This document shows, piece by piece, positions 56,330-64,000 of a stretch of DNA of 64,000 nt. Made by a program: the position numbers and the translations under genes. Every line of letters starts with the position of its first letter. Position 1 is the first letter of the stretch. This DNA comes from Amoeboaphelidium protococcarum X5 (lineage: Eukaryota > Fungi > Aphelidiomycota), in NCBI GenBank assembly GCA_023515725.1, contig JALDTO010000214.1, positions 62,001 to 126,000 of the forward strand, written 5' to 3'. Below the pieces are notes generated by a model. That model saw nothing but the letters and a program-made list of their open reading frames with translations, was not told the DNA's origin and did not search any database.

Positions 56330-56545
56330 CGGTACCAGGTAATGCGCTCCTTTATATTATCACTTTTTGCAAGGATGCGTGTCTTTTATTTCAAAATGTA
56401 AATAAATAATACAGTTGCTTTTACAGCCAAATATTGAAACAAAACAATTCTCGCGCTCCATGTGGGTTAATCGATCATTGGTACACTTTAAAAAAGCTCC
56501 AGCAATCTTTTCATTGGGGTCCCCACATAGCCCCTTAATAGCAGA
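56330..56545 (-). ncRNA. Candidate Fanzor2 omegaRNA scaffold
   Basis: ATGTGGG/CCCACAT pairing (56460-56466 with 56522-56528), GGGG/CCCC runs, repeated GGAGCGC, directly 3' of the nuclease ORF. Confidence 0.4.
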
Positions 56546-58884
56546 GTAATAGTATAGTACGAGCATAACGATAAGCAATTACAAAACACTTCTATGATTT
56601 AGTGATCAGATGTTAAGCAAGGCGCAATAGAGTCTCTTGCAAGACCTTCATAATGGACATCACGAACTCCTTGTATAGTGTCTAATCCGCTTAGTTCGCA
56701 GTAACCAATTTCACTTCTTCCTTAGAAAAACTTCGAGACATAACATTATATGATCCAACATTATCCCGATATGCACGAAAATCACCCAACATGAAGTACT
56801 CATCAGCACCAAGACAGTTGTGTAGCACATTCTGAAACGGATGTTGTTTCGACGTAAACTCCTCCGTTGTCACGAGCACTTACTTTCCAGATCTATTTAT
56901 ATTAGCTTATGCCATTGCAATAAGTTTCATACGACACTTGTAATGGCTAAACGCCCATAGAGTCTTCCGCGTATTTTTATGGAGAATATGCCCAGAATTT
57001 TATTAACCACGCGAGTGTGTTACCAGTACATCGGCCGTATCACTTAGAACGGGAGGTAGATTCAAACGCTTTCTCCGTTTCTTCACCATCTTAATAGTCA
57101 GAAACTCGGGAAGAATGATTAGATCATAATGCCGCATCAAAAAGTTGCCAATTCGGTTATGCAAATTCGATACATATGCAGAGAATTTGGTGTAAGCACG
57201 ACTAATGCCAATCAATATCAGTGGGAACAACATTATTCTTTGATTACTTCCATGTGTGCCATAATTCTTTCTTCTACGCTTTAAACTCCGCCAGACTCAA
57301 TTGTCCATTCTGTAAAGCAGCTGCGCGATTATCCATCTAATCTTTCAGAGACTATGCATTGGAAATCTATTCACTCTTATTCTTATATAGCTACTTGAAA
57401 TCAGGCGCAATCGCAATGAATGACCTGCGATCCAAATCGAAGACGGTCATGCTCACTCTAACACCTGGATCCACCGAGCAAGTGTTTCCAGTTTAACGGC
57501 AACGCGCATCACGGCGGCTTATAAATGATCTAGCACCTTCAAGATTCTCATCTGCATTATTCATATCTTGCAGTTGCTAGTCATACCAATCAGTGAATGG
57601 ACCTTATATACAGGAGGCATCATACGAAACAATCACAAAGAACTTTTTTCTTCTTTTCACGAGCTTGAACTCTCTTCCTCTGCCATAGCCAAACTTGATG
57701 AAACGGGGCCAGTAGTCAATCTTGCCAGGCTCTTTTAATAGAGTATCTTTGGCATACAGTTTCCCAAAGCTCTTGAGGAATGAAGGCAGTAGGCGGACGC
57801 GATTGCTATCTGGATCTACACGTGCATCTTACGCTTGAAACTGGAGCATCTAAAACTAATCATCATCTCTATTTGACATAAAGTTGTAGTCTTTGATATC
57901 ACCCTTTGTATACTTCTCATGAGCCGCATAGTAATACGTGCGAGTCGCATTAATAATCTCATCTTGCACTGTAGATGGCATTCGCATCCAACGCAATCTT
58001 GGGTCGTAATCAGGCACGCGGCACTTTTTGGCTTTGACTCAACTTAGCGCAACATGGTTCCTTAGCGCTTGTATTGACACCTTTTCTCCTTAATCTCTGG
58101 AATCATTCAAAATGTTAATGATGAAATTGACCATTTGAAACTTGAGATCCAGCCATTCATTGAATTTGTGTATGAACTTCTTATCAGGGAATATACGAAT
58201 ATTAATCGAGCGTATCTGATCATACTGATTCAGTTCGGCAATCTCTCGCCGATTTTTCATCTTGCCGATTTTTGGTTTCATGTTTTCCAACGCCACTAGA
58301 GATTCTTCCGAAAGCTGTAGCACTTTCTTCTTCTTCTTCTTCTTCAAACTCTTAGATGACGACTATTACTGCTTAGATTTCCATTTAGCCATTAGAGAGT
58401 CTGTATCTGATGCAATCTACTGATTCCGCATTTTGGATTCAATGATATTCTCAATTTAATGCTGCACCTGACTAAAACTTTACTTCTCCTGGCTCTCACT
58501 TACGTTTTGTCCCATGTCTTTACGATTCAAATTAGGATTGAACTTTGCTGTTAAGGAGTGTTCTGTTTATTAAGATTACGGTATTTGCCAGTCCTTGTCA
58601 GTGCATTTTAACAACAGTCGTTAATTGAACGCGTCTGTGTTGCCATTCCAAACATAATGTCCAAACCATTCAGATTTAGTATTATACCAAGGGGCAAATA
58701 CTGGAGCAAATGCGGCAAATGATGATGCGCCAAGTTCTTTGACTATCCGAATATCAACTTCATTGATCACCTTAGCACACACGGAGAGAAATCCGGGAAT
58801 ATCTTGATGATATGCTTAAGTTTTGAAATCTTCTAGTGCTGTCTTTGCAGCCGCAGATAATTCACGTTTTTGGCTTGGCTACAT
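56511..58884 (-). pseudogene. Fanzor2 / IS607-TnpB-type RNA-guided nuclease, disrupted
   Basis: RSINIRIFPDKK..KFNEW, RuvC-I CSVDPGVRVSMTVFD, RHYDLIILPEF..KMVKK, TRKTLWAFSHYK, RuvC-II TEEFTSK, RuvC-III YRDNVGSYNV; in-frame TGA 58039-58041; frameshift near 57200-57260. Confidence 0.87.
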
Positions 58885-59032
58885 TTTCAAATGATCAGTA
58901 TTGCGATGAAAGAATTAGAACACTGTCAGTAAGCATTGAATACAATGCAATGATGAGATGTGACACGACCAGTCATCATTTCATTGTGATATCAATGAGG
59001 ATGGTCGCAGCTTAAAACCACTCAGGAGTTAT

Positions 59033-59062
59033 AGGTATTGTTAAGGTATTGTTAAGGTATTG
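59033..59062. repeat. 11-bp tandem direct repeat (AGGTATTGTTA x2.7)
   Basis: Direct reading; ~150 bp upstream of the Fanzor2 ATG. Confidence 0.85.
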
Positions 59063-59295
59063 AGACAAGCTCAGAAGATTGGCAATAAAGTAAACGAGTA
59101 ATTAGATTATTGACTTGTATTGAAGAGTATGTAAAAATATATAGAATCTCATTGATAATCGTATTTAAAATAAGACTAACTATCATACAAATACTTTATG
59201 GATAAAAAATTTCAAAAGGACTTGGTGCACGCACGAATGATTGATCCGCTCCAATTCTTTCAACTAAAACGACTAAAGAACTTGACACGCGTATT

Positions 59296-61061
59296 ATGAG
59301 AGTAATCTTAGCCATCATATTAAGTCTCCTTGTCGGTGTGGCAGTTGCCATATTCCAAGATCAAGTCGGCGTTATTGACTGGTAAGTATTTATATTCACC
59401 GTTGATGTGATTTGTTCATGTACTTGATTGTGAGTAGGCGTCAGAGGTTCCTTAATGACGATGTCCAGGGAGAGAGAGGCAAGGATGAAGTGTAGTTAAT
59501 TGCCGAACTGGTTCCTCTCCCAAAGCCTGCCTACTTGGAGAGGCATTATTAAGCTGAGCCAGGCGTTGGATTGATTAAGAATATTTTATAGAGATGGAAG
59601 TTTCATTGGGATCAGTTGGTGATTAGTTCACAGCTGATGGGCACCGGAAAGCTACACGCGTTTAATACTTCAGATCGGGTTGACAGCGGCATTAGTGGTA
59701 ACAGATTTGGTCTTAATCAAATGATTATTGCTGTGTCGAATAGTGGTAAAGTTCGTGGTGTTCACTCTGAGACTTCTAATGTCCAGTGGGTGGTCCAAAT
59801 GTTTCCCACGTCCATTAAAGATGCTTGGATATGTCCGCAGTAGGACAATGAAAGCAGTCGTCACGGGGTTCGTATTGTCATGAAAGGATCTGATAAAGAG
59901 GCATTTACTGGTATTATTGACTATGTTAGCGGGGAGATATTTGATCAACGAAGCTATAATCTGAATGTTAACAAGGTAATATGCTCTCAGAACGGTTTAA
60001 GAATTATTACCGAGGATGGCCAAGTGGAAGTTGTTGGAATGGAGGCTGCATAGTCCGTTCCTGTAAACTCTTTCTACCTGCGTAATGAGAGTAATACTTT
60101 ATATGGAGTGCGTATGGAAGGTAATAAGGAATTGGTAAATACTTGGAAGTATCAACTACCGCCAGACAGTGTTGTTGCTCAAGTGGCGACGCGTAAGTTT
60201 GATGAAGCAATCTCATCTATTGGTTTAGTTCTGGGTAATCGCAGAGTATTGTACAAGTATTTGAACCCCAATCTTGTTGCTGTGTTATCTCACGACAAAA
60301 AGTAGAGGTTGAGTGTGGACATTCTAGATGGTGTGTCCGGACGCCTGCTTCATCAAGCCGTACATGACAACTTTGTACCACTCGGTAACTCTGTGCATGT
60401 TGCATTGTCAGAGAATTGGATTGTCTACTCGTATGCTGGCAATGTGGGAAATTAGAATTGCATGACACTAATTAACGTGTTGGAGCTGTATGAATCTGAC
60501 AAGGTGGATGTGAAGATGTCAGAAAGTGGGCAATTCTCTTCATATTCTGCACCATTGCCACATGTGAAGAGCGAGAGTTTTGTGCTTGAACAGTTTGTGA
60601 GTGCCCTTGGTATCACATAGACCAAGTCAGGCATTACTCTGCGTGACGTTATCATTGCCACCAATGGCGGCCAGGTGATAACTCTTCCCAAGCTGATTGT
60701 AAATGCCAGACGTCCTCATAAATTGGCGTCATTGTTGACTGCTGAAGAGAAGGAGGAAGGCCTGACTGTGTACGCTCCTCTAATCCCAGATAACGCGCAG
60801 AACTACTTGAGTCACAACTTGCGTTTGGAAGGTATAAGAAAGATTGTGTGTCGCCATACTGACTTAGAGTCCACCTCCTTAGTTGTCGCCTATGGTACTG
60901 ACATGTTCAAAACTCTTGTGACTCCATCGAAAGCATTTGATATACTTGGACCTGAGTTTTCAAAGTCTAGCCTTTTGCTCACTATGCTGGTACTCTTCGT
61001 GGGAACTGTTGCCGCAAAGTAGTATGCCAGCAGGAGAAAGTTGTATTAAGAGTGGAGATGA
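59296..61061 (+). CDS. EMC1: ER membrane complex subunit 1 (short form; 1 intron)
   Basis: Signal peptide + IFQDQVGVIDW; GNRRVLYKYLNPNL, SENWIVYSY, LESTSLVVAYG.D, PSKAFDIL, TM, terminal W; intron 59382-59438. Confidence 0.92.
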
Positions 61062-61282
61062 ACTATATGAACTATAAGACTTTGCGATTAGTCACATTTA
61101 TATAAGACTTTTATTTTGAATTAATTTTTAAAACACATACTTACCAAGTATAGAGAGGTAGTACGGTTGATCAGTTTTAATTAAGCGCGAATCCTAACCT
61201 GCATTGACGCGCTTCATCAGTTAACCTAAATTTAAGTCACATATCAAAGAATTATTATCTATTACGGGACAGAAGATGACAA

Positions 61283-62098
61283 TCACGCTGAATCTCCTCC
61301 ACTCTAATCCTACTTCTTGCTAGCCTTACGTCTGCGCTAAGCACGAGTCTACTTGAGCCTCTTCTTGTACTTGTGCTTGTTCATCTTCTTTCGTCTCTTC
61401 TTCAGGACACTGTCAGCCCTGTAGACTACCGCACTTTGATCTGACGGATATTGGTAGTTCAATTTTTCACCATCTTCAGCATTATCAAAAGACTCAGACA
61501 GCCATGATCCATTCTATTTCTCGACATTCCACTTGGACTACTCGTAGTTCTCCAATAGAAGTTTGCATGATGGCGCGTTCGCTAGGGAGGATGCACCCAG
61601 GGATAATCTCTTCAAAGATTGATCTGCATTATTATTTGACGCCATGAGATCCAGTTGATTATCAGAAGATTACAATTTCTCTAGTAAATTCATAGATACT
61701 TCCATCAATTTATCCTCATCCTCAGCATCCAATTGCACAAACGCATCATCGCAATGATGTCCATCGGCGGCGTCGATCATTACCTAATCTTCATCCTCAT
61801 CGACAGAAACCGTCTAACTACTAGGCTACCCATCATCTCCGTGAATAATTTCAACCTGTAATGCAGCAGGCACTTATTACTAAAAGCTTTTCGCCATAGA
61901 GAGAACGATGGCATTTCTTGGCCTCATAGCAGGGAGTGGGCGGAACTAGGAGAACAATATGTCACTAGCCAAATCCTGCTATTGAGGTCGACCAGATACA
62001 GTTCGCTGCACTGTAAAAGCATTTCTTCTCGATGATAGCTGAGATGCATATCGCCTTTAAGCTAACGACAAAATACAAGATAATCTGGATTATATCAT
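61283..62098 (-). CDS. Mitochondrial ribosomal protein mS38 (Cox24/AURKAIP1 family)
   Basis: Presequence-like start; ADSVLKKRRKKMNKHKYKKRLK. Confidence 0.85.
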
Positions 62099-62705
62099 CT
62101 CAATTACAGAGTATGTGGTTATTGTTGTTGATGCTTTTTAACCTGAATCAATCTGGGCGAAAGAAAGAAGGAGGAAAGAAAGGTTTAATCAACGACGAGA
62201 GAGACAGTCCTCACAAGAAGATTTCAGATCGCTCGTCGCAATAAAAAATTGTTGGAGCTAATTCGTATTTACTTAAAAGAGCATTATCAACACTCACTTT
62301 TAGTATGCTCAGAAGAATTATAGTCACGATGTGAGAACAAAGTTACAATTAGCTGATTGAAATCCAAACGCATCTTCACATAAGAAGCTAAACTCAATAT
62401 GACTCACATGTCATACACGCCGTGTACACAGAGAGAAACAAGTCGCGCTCTGCTATCTTATGTTATGCTGACGATGTAAGACTGCGTAATGTATGATACT
62501 TAGACGGCATGGTGATGAAACTCTCAAAACAAATCTTTGACGCGTGAGTCTTGGCCGTCGCCGAGTGATTCCATCAAACAAATCTCATCACCCGGTTGCC
62601 ATTTAAAATTGTTTCAACTGTCAGTCCTCCCTCTCTTCTTAACTATTACGATATCTGAAAATCTGATACATTTATAAACTTGTTTGCTGTTTTAATATCT
62701 ATTCC

Positions 62706-63422
62706 ATGATGAATTTCAAAGTTGTATTGGTTGCTTTTGTGGGCTTATTTAGCGTGGCTGAGGCTGGTGTCTTTGGTATCTCTACTCCTAACACGGCAAC
62801 TCAGGGCGACAATCTGTTCCTTAGCTGGCGTTATCAAGAGCAGGATGGTGCATCGGATACGATTCAGTTTCAGATTGTGAGTGGTCCTGCAGAGAACATT
62901 GATGTCGTTGGTTAGCTGTGTGAGGATCAAGAAATCTTTGTCAGTGATCTGCAAGTATCATGCACATTCCCTTTCATTGAACCAAAGTCTGAGTACGCTA
63001 TTCGCTCTGTGCAACAAGTCAATGGTTAGAATTTGTATGCCTACTCTGGTCGCTTTGCTGTCAGTGCTGGCTCCACTACTTCCACATCAACTAGTACCTC
63101 ATCTGACGCTTCTTCCTCTAGCAGTAGCAGCAGCAGCTCTTCAGAAACTGTCACCACGTCAACTTCAGAGGCGAGTGAAACGGTTTCAGACGCGTCCATC
63201 ACCACTACGCCATACTTCACCTCTGTGATCATGACTACAAGCATCATGTCCGATTCTACCAAGGTGAAGACTGTCATGACTACCGGAACTACAGTTACTC
63301 CTACTACTTCTGTAAATGCTACTGCCGAAGGTAATGACGTAAACAGTTCTTCCAGTTCTATTAACGCGCTCCTGTCTATAACTTTTGTGGCTCTGTCCTC
63401 CGCTTGGATGTTATTGCTATGA
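62706..63422 (+). CDS. Secreted Ser/Thr-rich, probably GPI-anchored surface protein
   Basis: Signal peptide; ISTP..ATQG...LSW, YAYSGRFAV; S/T stalk; hydrophobic C-terminus. Confidence 0.8.
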
Positions 63423-63601
63423 GATGCAAACTTTTGATACGATGACCAACACTGCATGAATATGATACGAGATGAATTGAGTAATGAGATTGACATTTTT
63501 AATCCTTATTCTACTTCGTGGATGATGACAATCTCTGTTTTTGTTCTTTGATTCGATCACCGAAAGTTATCTCAAACTTTTAGTCATACGACCGATTAGT
63601 T

Positions 63602-64000
63602 ATGAATCTTCTACATGCATCTTATAGACATCCGGTGGCTCGTGAATGGTAGAAGCAGTACGCTTTTAAAGCTGAGAATATGATGTACCCAGTGTTTGTG
63701 ATGGATTAACGCGATTCTAAATAAGAGATCGAGTCAATGCCTGGTCAATATCGCTACGGAATAAATAATGTTGTGGTGGAACTTGAACCGCTGATTAACA
63801 ATGGCTTGTCTTCAATTATACTCTTCCCTGTGGTGACTGATAGTTCTATCAAGAGATCAGACCCGTCCGCTGCTATAAATTCCAATCATCTGTGTGATGT
63901 GATACCTTTGATCAAAAAGGCTTATCCTAAGCTTTTTATCGCTTGCGACGTGTGTCTCTGTGCGTGGACTGACCATGGCCATTGCGGCGTTCTGGATAAA
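63602..64000 (+). CDS. HEM2: Delta-aminolevulinic acid dehydratase (porphobilinogen synthase), partial
   Basis: HP..REWQ, MYPVFV, SMPGQYRYG, ACDVCLCAWTDHGHCG zinc site. Confidence 0.93.

Noticed and set aside
56360-56578. ORF containing MERENCF as a RuvC-III (DRD.N) segment
   Set aside because: RuvC-III is already supplied by YRDNVGSYNV upstream; this ORF overlaps the probable RNA scaffold.
58520-59300. IS607 serine recombinase or other transposase upstream of Fanzor2
   Set aside because: 58520-58884 is the nuclease's own N-terminal frame; no YARVS or DDE motifs were seen.

Overview
This is gene-dense, intron-poor nuclear DNA from a fungus-related eukaryote that uses a non-standard genetic code: TAA and TAG encode Gln and only TGA stops (translation table 6). 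That is why the supplied ORF track is fragmented. The code plus opisthokont/fungal-type genes fits an aphelid such as Amoeboaphelidium (inference). Re-read with TAR=Gln, the window holds about 33 host genes, including ENGase, M17 peptidase, kinesin-PX, Swi5, cyclin B, a GATA factor, RPL18, MON2, RRP3, GCN20, D2HGDH, MSP1, a front-end desaturase, PEX12, a PPR protein, two START proteins, PXA/ABCD, FES1, HAP3, EMC1 and HEM2. The standout content is two unrelated, decaying TnpB-family RNA-guided nuclease (Fanzor) loci. The first is a Fanzor1-type element (~12.3-15.4 kb, +) with a TATA box, imperfect inverted end motifs, a hairpin-rich 3' omegaRNA candidate and a captured antisense host gene fragment. 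The second is an IS607/Fanzor2-type gene (~56.5-58.9 kb, -) with a long N-terminal extension, a poly-Lys NLS and no zinc-finger cysteines. Both use the host's reassigned Gln codons. Candidate C/D snoRNAs lie upstream of RPL18. All translations were done by hand, and family calls rest on motif recognition rather than database searches.
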